Origin: Malassezia furfur
Taxonomy: Eukaryota
Direction: 5' to 3' (one strand)
NCBI GenBank assembly: GCA_052055015.1
Contig: JBQJIT010000027.1
DNA: 52,580 nt
In this document: positions 21,078-30,789 of the stretch, piece after piece
Numbering within the stretch: position 1 is the first letter of the stretch
Layout: each line of letters opens with the position of its first letter
Made by a program: the position numbers and the translations under genes
Notes under the pieces: generated by a model
The model's database searches: none
What the model saw: the letters and a program-made list of their open reading frames with translations, nothing else
Told to the model about the DNA's origin: nothing

Positions 21078-21097
21078 ATTACATCCCACATCATTGG
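21078..21097 (-). promoter_or_regulatory. Candidate CBC:HapX bipartite site (CCAAT-N12-AAT)
   Basis: Minus strand CCAAT gatgtgggatgt AAT matches CSAATN12RWT, about 95 nt upstream of the cytochrome c ATG. Confidence 0.5.
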
Positions 21098-21190
21098 TGG
21101 AAAAACGGAAAATGCCGGACGAAGTAACCCGCAGCGTACAAAAGTCGAGGGTCCGTACGCCGCGCTTTTCCAACTCACTACACAAACGCA

Positions 21191-21751
21191 ATGGGATTCG
21201 AGGAGGGTGACGCTAAGAAGGGTGCCAACCTGTTCAAGACGCGCTGCGCGCAGTGCCACACCATCGAGGCGGGTGGTCCCCACAAGGGTATGTCGCCAAT
21301 GCCTCTCGCATTGAACTGTTGCTAACACGAAATCAGTGGGTCCCAACCTGCACGGTGTTGTTGGCCGTCAGTCGGGTAAGGCCGAGGGCTACAACTACTC
21401 GGAGGCCAACATCAAGAAGGATGTGCTCTGGAACGAGCAGAACCTTTGGGAGTACCTCGAGAACCCGAAGAAGGTACGTTTTTCTTTATACATAAGAACA
21501 GTCACTAACACGCGCAGTACATTCCTGGGTATGTATATGAACGCACCATGGCAGTGGTGTGATGCTTGTTGGAACGAATACTGACCTTGTTTGCTACTCG
21601 TGCATTTGCACGATGTGTTTTGATGTACAGCACCAAAATGGGTATGTACCTTTCGTGGGAGATAACGTATTAACCGACAGCTTTCGCTGGTCTGAAGAAG
21701 GCTAAGGACCGTGACAACCTCGTCACCTACATGAAGGAGGCGTCTCAGTAA
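21191..21751 (+). CDS. CYC1: Cytochrome c, 5 exons including two 11-nt microexons
   Basis: [19 protein letters not shown] (CxxCH), [27 protein letters not shown]. Introns at 21288-21336, 21474-21517, 21529-21630 and 21642-21680. Confidence 0.96.
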
Positions 21752-22327
21752 ATTTGCTGGCTTGTAGAAGACTAGCATTACAGCTTTTTTTCAATCGTCT
21801 TAGGCGTTAAGGTGTTGGATGCTATGCGCTTATAGTGCAGTGCCAGCAGTAACTGCCACTAGGCTGAAGGCCGTGCAATGCGGCCTGTGTATGCCGACCT
21901 CGGTACGTTATCAAGCGGTTGTGTGCGCGGTTCTGTCAGAGCGCCATGTCCGCGGCGATGCCCGGCTCCCCGACCTTTCCGCCCAGGGAGGCCGTGCGGA
22001 CTTGAAGGGCTTGTCAGCCTCGGTGCTGTGCGTCCCGATCTGATTGGTTGGCGCGTGGATGACAAGGGCGCGACGCCAGTGGCGACCGCGGCATAGATGA
22101 CTAAACCGACTCGGGTCCGCCGGATCGACCTTTCCCATCGCAAATCGGGTATCTGTCGTCGCCTGCGAGACAGAATCTGGATCGAGGCTGCATACCCATT
22201 CTGGTGAGGATCGGTTGTAGCGTGACCACGGGGAAGTTTTGTGCGCGTTCACCTTGTCGATCCAAGGCACAGTAGACCAGTTGTGCACCGGAGTCAGTGA
22301 ACACGCGTCTTCACTAGCTGCCAGGTT

Positions 22328-23926
22328 ATGGCAAAAGCGAACCCAAACGTCTCTCGATTACCCGACTCCGACGTTGTGAAACTACCTCCCCTTCGCTCCC
22401 TCGAACCCATGGCACATACAGCTCCTGAAAACACGACGCCTCGCGAGCAGGAAGCGCTAACCGCCTCAGCGCCTGTGGCGTCCGACGATCGCGCCGCGCC
22501 CTCCGCCGAGAAGCCCGGCCTCGACACCGCGGCACGTGCATCCTTCCGGTCGTCGCAAGCGGCGCCCGCCGCGGCGTCAAGCCAGAGCAGCTACCGTTCA
22601 CCGTCGCCACCCCCGCCGGCGCCCGCTGCATTGGCGTCGCTCGGCGCGCAGAGCGCGCCGTACGAGTCCCATGGCGAACCTCGCCCGTCGCGTGCGGGCG
22701 AGGCTCCCCCCCATGCCAACTACGCCGCGAGCCGTACCGGTGCAGCTACAGCGATGCCTCCTGTGGCGGCCGCACAGCCTGCGATCGCGCCGTGGTCGTC
22801 TGGCATGCAGGGCACGATGGAGCCGAACACCTTGTACTCGCTCGAGCGCATCCATGCCGCGAGTCTTGCGTTGTACAACTACGCAAGCGAGCATCTGGAG
22901 CGCCAGCTACCGGCTGCGCCCGAGGAGCTGTATGGGCTGTTGCCAATCGCCTCGGAAATTGGCCAGGAGCTGCGCTCGCTCTTGGGCATGCACGAAGGTC
23001 GCATGCCTCGCGACGCTGGCGACGTCGCACCTTACTACCCGTGGACGTCAGGCAGCGGTGCTGCGCCGCCGTACTGGATGCCCGGCAGCCGTGACGAGCG
23101 TGACGGCAAGACGCTGCGTGGCGACGAGGGCGATGCCGACGACAAGTCCGGCCATCTGCGCCGCCGCAGCCCGAGCCAGGCTAAGATGAACGACCGCATG
23201 GCGCCGCGGGGCATGCGTACTCTGTCGGGCGGCGATGATCTCGGGTCGTATGCGTCGAGCGTGTCCGGTCAGCCGATGCGCGCCGATTCGATGTACCTGC
23301 AGCAGCCGTACGGCGCGCATGGCGTCGGGAAATCCACGCAAGGCGATGCGGGCGGCTCGGGGCAGTATGTACCCAAGTACCGCAAGCGGAGCCGTGCACC
23401 GGCGCCAGGTGTGTGCCATGCGTGTGGCAACAGCGACACGCCCGAGTGGCGCCGGGGCCCCGACGGCGCGCGGACGCTGTGCAATGCGTGCGGCTTGCAC
23501 TTTTCCAAGCTGGTGCGCCGGCGGACGTTGGAATACGCCAATGCGGCGCCTGGCACGCCCATTCCGCCGGTGACCACGGCGGAGCTGCGCGCGTCGACGA
23601 ACGTGGGCAACCATGCTAATATGAACATGTCGCCGAACGCTGGCAATGCGTCTGTCCCTGTGCGGACGCGGCCTGCGTCGATGTACAGCAATCCGGCGGC
23701 AGGGCCTACGTCTGCGCGGCCCGTGCCCGTGGACCCGGCGGTTGAGGTGGGCGGCGTCGGTGCGTCGAGCGTGCCACCTCCTGCGCCGCAGCCGGCGCAC
23801 GCCGAGCTTGACCGGTCGCACGACGTGAGCCGGAGCGAGGATGCGGGCGCGAGCCTTGGCAAGCGTCCTGCGGGCGAAGCGAGCGAGCTTGAGCCGGCGA
23901 GCCAGCAGCCGCGTGCTGAACCGTAG
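22328..23926 (+). CDS. GATA-type zinc-finger transcription factor (NsdD/Gat2/Gat201-like, C-x2-C-x18-C-x2-C)
   Basis: CHACGNSDTPEWRRGPDGARTLCNACGLHFSKL, preceded by the basic PKYRKRSRA. Confidence 0.9.
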   Translation: MAKANPNVSRLPDSDVVKLPPLRSLEPMAHTAPENTTPREQEALTASAPVASDDRAAPSAEKPGLDTAARASFRSSQAAPAAASSQSSYRSPSPPPPAPAALASLGAQSAPYESHGEPRPSRAGEAPPHANYAASRTGAATAMPPVAAAQPAIAPWSSGMQGTMEPNTLYSLERIHAASLALYNYASEHLERQLPAAPEELYGLLPIASEIGQELRSLLGMHEGRMPRDAGDVAPYYPWTSGSGAAPPYWMPGSRDERDGKTLRGDEGDADDKSGHLRRRSPSQAKMNDRMAPRGMRTLSGGDDLGSYASSVSGQPMRADSMYLQQPYGAHGVGKSTQGDAGGSGQYVPKYRKRSRAPAPGVCHACGNSDTPEWRRGPDGARTLCNACGLHFSKLVRRRTLEYANAAPGTPIPPVTTAELRASTNVGNHANMNMSPNAGNASVPVRTRPASMYSNPAAGPTSARPVPVDPAVEVGGVGASSVPPPAPQPAHAELDRSHDVSRSEDAGASLGKRPAGEASELEPASQQPRAEP

Positions 23927-24181
23927 GCACCGCAGCTGCGCTTTGTATTGGTACTATAGCCTTGGATAAAAAAGATGCCACAACACATACATCGCCGTCG
24001 CTCGACAGGCTCGGCGAGAGGGGGAGAGAGAGCATAAGCATTTCTTATGGATTTTGGGCGCAGCGTGCTCGGCTACATAAACGATACATGGCTCCCATCG
24101 CAAGTGGGTGGTGGGGACGACCAGAAAAGCAGACAGACCATATGCGTACACACCACAAGCGCCATGAGCCAACACAAACGC

Positions 24182-24796
24182 TTAACGGTAGCGGCGGAGC
24201 TGCAGCGTCTGGGTCCGGCGGTACTCGGCGGCGCGGCTGCCACCGGTGGTCTGGTGGAAGCCGTGGCCCTTGCCGATACCACGCGACTTCTTGCCGGCCG
24301 ACGTGAGGCCGCGGAGCTCGCGGTGCTTGTGAACGGGCTCGGCGATCCAGTTGATGCGCGCGTCGCGGCGGATCGCCTTGTGCTGAGGGTCCACGCAGAT
24401 CACCTCGTAGTACTTGTACACACCGTCCTGGTTAACCCAGTACGAGTTCAGCACGCGGAGGTTGGTCGCCTTGCGGCCAACACGCTCCTCAGCGAGCACA
24501 CGGAGCGAGCGAGCGGGCTTCAGGTGGTTGACACCCTGGCGGACGGGCTTGCCGTACGTCGCACCCTTGGAAGCCTTCTTCTTGCGGTTGCCGCGGCGGA
24601 CACGCACACGGAACATGACGTAGCCCTGCTTGGCCTTGTAGCCCAGGCGGCGAGCCTTGTCAGGGCGCGAGGGGCGCGAGATGCGCGAGACCACGTTCAT
24701 CTGGCGGTACTCCCAGCACCGAACGCGAAGCAGGAAACGGAGCACATCGCTCTGCTTCTTCTTGTAGAGCTCCTCCAGGTACTTGTAGGCACCCAT
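24182..24796 (-). CDS. RPL15: 60S ribosomal protein L15 (eL15); 5'UTR intron 24797-24873 ends at the ATG
   Basis: [32 protein letters not shown] ... [19 protein letters not shown]...TACTAAC...TACAG|ATG lies directly upstream. Confidence 0.97.
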   Translation of the reverse strand: MGAYKYLEELYKKKQSDVLRFLLRVRCWEYRQMNVVSRISRPSRPDKARRLGYKAKQGYVMFRVRVRRGNRKKKASKGATYGKPVRQGVNHLKPARSLRVLAEERVGRKATNLRVLNSYWVNQDGVYKYYEVICVDPQHKAIRRDARINWIAEPVHKHRELRGLTSAGKKSRGIGKGHGFHQTTGGSRAAEYRRTQTLQLRRYR

Positions 24797-25124
24797 CTGT
24801 AGTGTGTGTTAGTATATGTTCTTTGTGTGGATCCACGGTGCCCGTCGCAGGCGGCTCGGTGGACGATGCGTACCTTGCTTGAAGAGAAGGGATGGTAAAG
24901 AAGCAAGCGCCCGGCCGCGAGCGCCCTTGGCTCGCCTGCGCGCCGCTCGCCTTTTTTGGTGGCCTAACAGGTCCGGGCAACATGCTGTGACATAGAATCA
25001 CGTGGAGACATATAGCTTTGCAGTTTCAATTCGGCCGAGAAACTGCGAAGAACTGCAGTCGGGCGAAAAGGAGGCAGGGGATCGACGCAGTTGGAACTCA
25101 ACCACCGACGTTGGGCTGCTCATC

Positions 25125-26085
25125 ATGGTACGTACGCACGTCGTGCGCGCGCGCAAAGAGCCCAGTACTAACCATACTACAGCCTTTCCACAAGACCGTG
25201 AAGTCGGACGCTTACTTCTCGCGTTACCAGGTCAAGTACCGCCGCCGTCGCGAAGGTAAGACGGACTACTACGCCCGCAAGCGCCTCGTCGCTCAGGCCA
25301 AGAACAAGTACAACGCGCCCAAGTACCGCCTTGTCGTTCGTTTCTCGAACCGCTTTGTCACTTGCCAGATCGTCCAGGCCAAGATCCAGGGCGACTACGT
25401 GCTCACCCACGCCAGCTCGCGCGAGCTGCCCCGCTACGGCATTAAGCACGGTCTGGCCAACTGGACCGCGGCTTACGCGACCGGTCTCCTGGTCGCCCGC
25501 CGTGCCCTGCGCATCCTGGGCCTTGATGAGAAATACGCCGGCGAGGAGGAGCCCACTGGTGAGCTCACCATGACCGAGCCCCTCGGTGACGACGAGCCCC
25601 GCCCCTTCAAGTGCTACCTTGACGTGGGTCTCAAGCGCACCTCGACTGGTTCGCGTGTGTTCGGTGCCATGAAGGGTGCCTCGGACGGTGGTATCTTCAT
25701 TCCCCACAACGAGCGCCGCTTCCCCGGCTACGACCCCGAGTCGAAGGAGCTCGACGCCGACGTTCTGCGCAACTACATCTACGGTGGCCACGTCGCCGAG
25801 TTCATGGAGGCCCTCGAGGAGGAGGATGACGAGCGCTTCAAGAAGCACTTCTCGTCGTACCTCGAGGACGACATCGGCAGCGAGGACATCGAGGAGATCT
25901 ACGAGAAGGCCTACGAGGCCATCCGTGAGGACCCCGAGTTCCACCCTACCGAGAAGACCAAGGACTGGGCTGCGGAGTCGAAGAAGTACAAGAAGGTGCC
26001 TCTTACCTACCAGGAGCGCAAGGACAAGGTGCACAAGAAGGTCCAGGAGTACGCCCAGAAGTACGACATTGTGGCCGACAACTAA
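25125..26085 (+). CDS. RPL5: 60S ribosomal protein L5 (uL18); intron 25128-25182 directly after the ATG
   Basis: MPFHKTVKSDAYFSRYQVKYRRRREGKTDYYARKRL ... VFGAMKGASDGG. Confidence 0.97.
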
Positions 26086-26954
26086 TCTTGTCCGTATATT
26101 TTCTGTTGCGTGTGTACGACCTCTACTGCACTGCGCATGGGAGACCAAAAGAGTTGGACCGACTCGCTTCCGTCATGGACTTGGATAGACATATGAAGGC
26201 GATATCGGTGCAATTTGACATGATTACTCTATATATGGTTCGTGTTGTATGGAGGCAAATGCCAACTGAGTCGGTAGTGTCAGAGCGGCATCTCGTGGAA
26301 TCACTAAAGCCCGCTGTGGCATGCGAGCGTTCGGTCGGGCTGGAATAGGAACTGTGTTGTGATGCGACAGCGAATCGGCATGGTTTCGACGAGCAAGACA
26401 AGGGCTGGGTCTTGGGTACTATATTCTAAACGCCGGAATGCCATGCAGCTCGCGTAAATTGCGAACACATGTACCCTGCTGATATTAATCCTTGTGACAA
26501 GTAATAAACTCATTTCCTTAGCATATATACTTCGTTCTACGAAGATATGCTTGGAGTGTGCAAGTGGTAAAAGAGGATATGAGTGTCGACTTCTCATTCT
26601 AGCAAATTAAACCGTGGTCTACGTAACGCGTCCACTACGGGACGCACACAATCCTTCTATACAGATGATGAACACTGAATAGACATAAAAGCACATTTCT
26701 TAGCGTACACTACCTCAATATTTCGCCCTAGCTTATACTACCCAGAATTAAGATCATGATACATAATCGTATTGATGCGTTCTTTGTCGCGCGCAAAATA
26801 CATGTGGTCCGTGCGCTGCATCTCGCTGACTAGTACGAGAACGTGCGCGACAACTAACCAAAAAGGAATAAGACTCTGCATGTTTGCCGATGTGGTACCC
26901 TCCAAAGGATTCAAATATGATACACAGTTGTGAAACTTAACCCCCCACCTCAAG

Positions 26955-28574
26955 ATGATGCACCTCTCCTACTCTCTGCTCCCGTTAGTCCTGATTGCCG
27001 TCGTTTCTGCTGCGTCGTCGACTCCCAGCAGCTCGGTGTACTGGGGCAATGTTACTGGCTCCAAGGGACAAGTTTATCCGACGGACGTGGGCTTCCTCGG
27101 TCAAACGACCTATAGCTCGCCTCCCTTCCTCGCGCAAGTGGATAAGCTAAACACGACTCGTCCGAATGGCAAGTACGGAGTGGAGATGCGCTGGCTGCCG
27201 AAGTACGGCAAGCCCGACAATTCGTCGTCTGACGACATCTTCCGTAACCTCGGTCAGGTGTCTCCTTATCACCCTGCCAATGACCTGTTTAATTCGACGA
27301 ACAAGTATGCGAATGTCCCGGACCATTGCGAGATCAAACAAGTCCACATCCTCCACCGCCATGGAGCTCGCTACCCTACGGGCGGAAGCACCGGCGGTGA
27401 ATACCAATTTGGTGACAAGGTCCGCAACGCAACCAAAGAGGGTAAGCTGAAGGCAAGCGGCGATTTGGAATTCCTTATGCACTGGAACTACAGCCTGGGT
27501 ACCGAAGTGCTCACGCATGTGGGTGCGCAGGAACTGTTTGACTCGGGTGTGAAGCACTACTACCAGTATGCTAAGCTTCTTGAGAACCTCACGGACCACA
27601 AGCCCGTTATTCGCACGACGTCGCAGAGCCGTATGCTGGACTCGGCGCGCTACTGGACGCTTGGTTTCTTCGGTTGGGATGCTCCCACGAAAATGCATCT
27701 TGAGGTGATCACCGAAGACAAGAGCCAGAACAACACTCTCGCTCCTAACTGTGTGTCGTCGAACACGACGAAAGTGGCGAAATGGTGGGAGAAGGAGTAC
27801 ACCGTGGCCATTGCGGATCGTCTGAATGCCATGGTTGAGGGCATCAAGATTGAACCCAGCGATGTTTATTACATGCAAACGCTTTGTGGTTATGAGACCG
27901 TCTCCTTGGGCTATTCTCATTTCTGCAACATCTTTACCAAGGAAGAATGGCAGCAGCACGAATACGATGTCGACCTCCAATTTATGTCCGGGAGTGGCCT
28001 GATGAGCCCCAGCGCGAAGGCGATGGGCATCGGCTACGTGCTGGAATTCCTGGACCGTGTCACCAAGCAAAAGTTCCACGGCCCCCAGACGACGCAGAAT
28101 TCTACATTGGACGAGCAAGAAGCGTACTACCCTATTGATCAGCCCCTGTACGCTGACTTCACCCACGACACGGTCATTACCAACATTCTGACGGCTTTCA
28201 ACTTCACCCAGGTCCTGCAAGTGCTTGACCCCACGAACCCTGATGACAACCGGACTTACCGCGCCAGCCGTGTCACTCCGTTCGGTGCACGCCTGGTCTT
28301 TGAAGTCCTCGACTGCAATGAGGACCAGAACTCCACGCAGTACATTCGCGCTAAGCTCAACGAAGCTGTTGTTCCGCTTGATGGTAGTCAGGGATGCCAG
28401 GCACGCCCGGATGGTCTCTGCAAGCTGAACGACTTTGTTCAGAACCTCCAGCAGCACGCCTACAAGAGCTCGCACTTCGATGTGGCCTGTTTCGGAACGA
28501 ACGGGACTGACTACACTATTGGTGACTATGTGACCACTGGTACTCTCCGTCCTTCCCAAATTAACAACAACTAA
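26955..28574 (+). CDS. Secreted histidine acid phosphatase / phytase, copy 1
   Basis: Signal peptide, HILHRHGARYP catalytic motif, YADFTHD acid motif, many N-X-S/T sites. Confidence 0.92.
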   Translation: MMHLSYSLLPLVLIAVVSAASSTPSSSVYWGNVTGSKGQVYPTDVGFLGQTTYSSPPFLAQVDKLNTTRPNGKYGVEMRWLPKYGKPDNSSSDDIFRNLGQVSPYHPANDLFNSTNKYANVPDHCEIKQVHILHRHGARYPTGGSTGGEYQFGDKVRNATKEGKLKASGDLEFLMHWNYSLGTEVLTHVGAQELFDSGVKHYYQYAKLLENLTDHKPVIRTTSQSRMLDSARYWTLGFFGWDAPTKMHLEVITEDKSQNNTLAPNCVSSNTTKVAKWWEKEYTVAIADRLNAMVEGIKIEPSDVYYMQTLCGYETVSLGYSHFCNIFTKEEWQQHEYDVDLQFMSGSGLMSPSAKAMGIGYVLEFLDRVTKQKFHGPQTTQNSTLDEQEAYYPIDQPLYADFTHDTVITNILTAFNFTQVLQVLDPTNPDDNRTYRASRVTPFGARLVFEVLDCNEDQNSTQYIRAKLNEAVVPLDGSQGCQARPDGLCKLNDFVQNLQQHAYKSSHFDVACFGTNGTDYTIGDYVTTGTLRPSQINNN

Positions 28575-28809
28575 TCGACATATGTATGTCCTTTGTCGTC
28601 TCTAGAGTTCGTGAATCCGGTTCGCATAAAGAATAGTAAAGCGTAGATGCGGGTGCATATTCAAAGTTTGGTTTTGTCCCACAGATGCTGCACGTGTACA
28701 TGGCCCGTGCATGCATTGTACTAAATTTGGCTTACTGCAACACAGGTTACCCAAGATGCAGTGCACATAAAAGGCAGAGCATCTACGTCTATTCTTTGCC
28801 TATCCCGCA

Positions 28810-30429
28810 ATGGTCAGTGCGCAGTGGGTTTGTGCCATTGCCACGGTTCTTGGAGTATCGTTTGCTACCAAAGACGGCTCGATTCAGCCAGGCCATGGCT
28901 TTGTGACATCGCTAGAAACTTTCCCGGACAATGTCGTGAGCACGGGTGAGGTAGCTCCTGGTGCACCTCCTTTCACCGCCCAATACGACAAACTGAATTC
29001 CACGAAGCCTTTTGGTCCCTATGGCATTGAAATGCGATATGTTCCCATGGATGCGGATGAGGACAATGCAACTGCTGCAGACATTTTTACTAACTTGGGT
29101 CCTTACACTCCATGGCGACCGAGTACTCTGTTTCCAGAGACAAGAGCTTACCAAGTTGTACCCAAGCATTGCAAAGTGAAACAAGTGCACATGCTCTACC
29201 GCCATGGTGCTCGCTACCCCACGGATGGTGCTGATGAGGGACCTGGCCTGTTTGGTGCAATGGTTAGGAATGGGACGCGCGACAACAGTTTCCGGGCAAC
29301 AGGCGATTTGGAATTCTTGAACAACTGGAACTACAGTCTGGGCCAGGCGTTGCTGGTTCCCCAAGGTGCGCAAGAAATGTTCGACGCCGGCGTTCAGACC
29401 TATTACGCGTATGCTAAGCTCTTGGAGAATACCACGCAAAAGCTGGTAATTCGTACGACTACGAGCAGTCGTGTTTTGGACTCTGCTCGTTACTGGGCGC
29501 TTGGGTTTTTCGGATGGGATGCGTCTTCCAAAGTCGATATAGAGGTGCTCCCTGAGGCCGACAAGCAAAACAACACGCTGGAGCCCAAGTACAGCTGCCC
29601 AAATGGCAAGAAGTTTAGCTTTGGTGATCAACTTCGAAAAGAATGGCAAGAAGTCTATCTTCAAGAACCTTTGGACCGTTTGCAGCAAAACATCGAAGGT
29701 TTGAACTTGACAATTGATGATGTTGCCAACATCATCTCGCTGTGCCCTTATGAGGTCTCTGGCCAGGGTTATTCTCGTTTCTGCAGCCTTTTCACCAAGA
29801 AAGACTGGGAGAACTATGAATACGAGCACGACCTAAAGTTCCAGGGCAACAATGGATTTATGAACCCGACTGGCAAGGCCATGGGTATTGGCTACGTCAA
29901 TGAGTTCTTGCAACGCATTACCAAGGGAAATTTCAGTGCGCCTCAAACTACCCAGAATGCCACCTTGGACAACGATCCCACCAAGTTCCCTCTCAATCAA
30001 TCCCTTTACGTGGACTTTACGCATGACACGGTCATGGTGAGCATTTTGACCGCCTTCAATTTCACCCAGTTTAGCAAGCCGCTGAGCTCGAGCAGTGTAT
30101 TGAATGGTCGCAACTTCCGTGCAAGTGCGGTGGTGCCCTTTGGTGGTCGTGTCGCATTTGAAGTTCTTGAATGCGATGGATCCCAGGCTCCCAGCGACTA
30201 CATCCGGGTCAAGGTTAATGATGCAATTCTTCCTCTGGATGAGGGACAGGGGTGCTCAAAACGGCCGGATGGACTTTGCAAACTTGACGATTTCATTGCC
30301 TACGCCCGGAAGAACGCAAACGATGCAGCACAATTCGAGTTGGCCTGCTATGGACAAAACGGGACGGACTTTACTGTGACGGGACCGGTATCTGGTGGTA
30401 CACTAGAGTCGAATCAAATCCATAATTAA
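28810..30429 (+). CDS. Secreted histidine acid phosphatase / phytase, copy 2
   Basis: Signal peptide, HMLYRHGARYP, YVDFTHD; collinear with copies 1 and 3. Confidence 0.92.
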   Translation: MVSAQWVCAIATVLGVSFATKDGSIQPGHGFVTSLETFPDNVVSTGEVAPGAPPFTAQYDKLNSTKPFGPYGIEMRYVPMDADEDNATAADIFTNLGPYTPWRPSTLFPETRAYQVVPKHCKVKQVHMLYRHGARYPTDGADEGPGLFGAMVRNGTRDNSFRATGDLEFLNNWNYSLGQALLVPQGAQEMFDAGVQTYYAYAKLLENTTQKLVIRTTTSSRVLDSARYWALGFFGWDASSKVDIEVLPEADKQNNTLEPKYSCPNGKKFSFGDQLRKEWQEVYLQEPLDRLQQNIEGLNLTIDDVANIISLCPYEVSGQGYSRFCSLFTKKDWENYEYEHDLKFQGNNGFMNPTGKAMGIGYVNEFLQRITKGNFSAPQTTQNATLDNDPTKFPLNQSLYVDFTHDTVMVSILTAFNFTQFSKPLSSSSVLNGRNFRASAVVPFGGRVAFEVLECDGSQAPSDYIRVKVNDAILPLDEGQGCSKRPDGLCKLDDFIAYARKNANDAAQFELACYGQNGTDFTVTGPVSGGTLESNQIHN

Positions 30430-30789
30430 CTATCGTAGTTTCCAGTAGATTCAGATTTGGGATGTTTGTGCATGGTTCAAGCATGGACCTCACGAGGTGA
30501 GCGCATGTCCACGTTTCAATTAATTGGGATGGGGCGTGCGTGGGGGCTTAGTAAAGTTTCTTTGAAAACCAAATATAGGTATGCGATGCATCCCCGCATC
30601 CTTTGAGTTTATCCGTTATATGACACAACTGATTGGCATAGGCATGAGCGCAAGCGCACGTGTGCAGACCATGCAGCGAAACCTTCCTTAATCAAAGCCC
30701 AATGTATTGTCAACGCTTCAAGCCAAACAAGGGCCGTACTTAAAGAGCTGCTCTTCTCTGGGTTTCCAGTCATAGCCTGCGCCTTCAAG

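Noticed and set aside
21529..21630. Possible intronic C/D-box snoRNA in CYC1 intron 3
   Set aside because: No proper RUGAUGA box C paired with a terminal CUGA; the CTGA present is part of the branch site.
26086..26954. AT-richer 870-nt spacer as a possible centromere, transposon remnant or hidden gene
   Set aside because: Only moderately AT-rich, with no terminal repeats, transposase similarity or convincing spliced ORF. Most likely RPL5 terminator plus phosphatase promoter.
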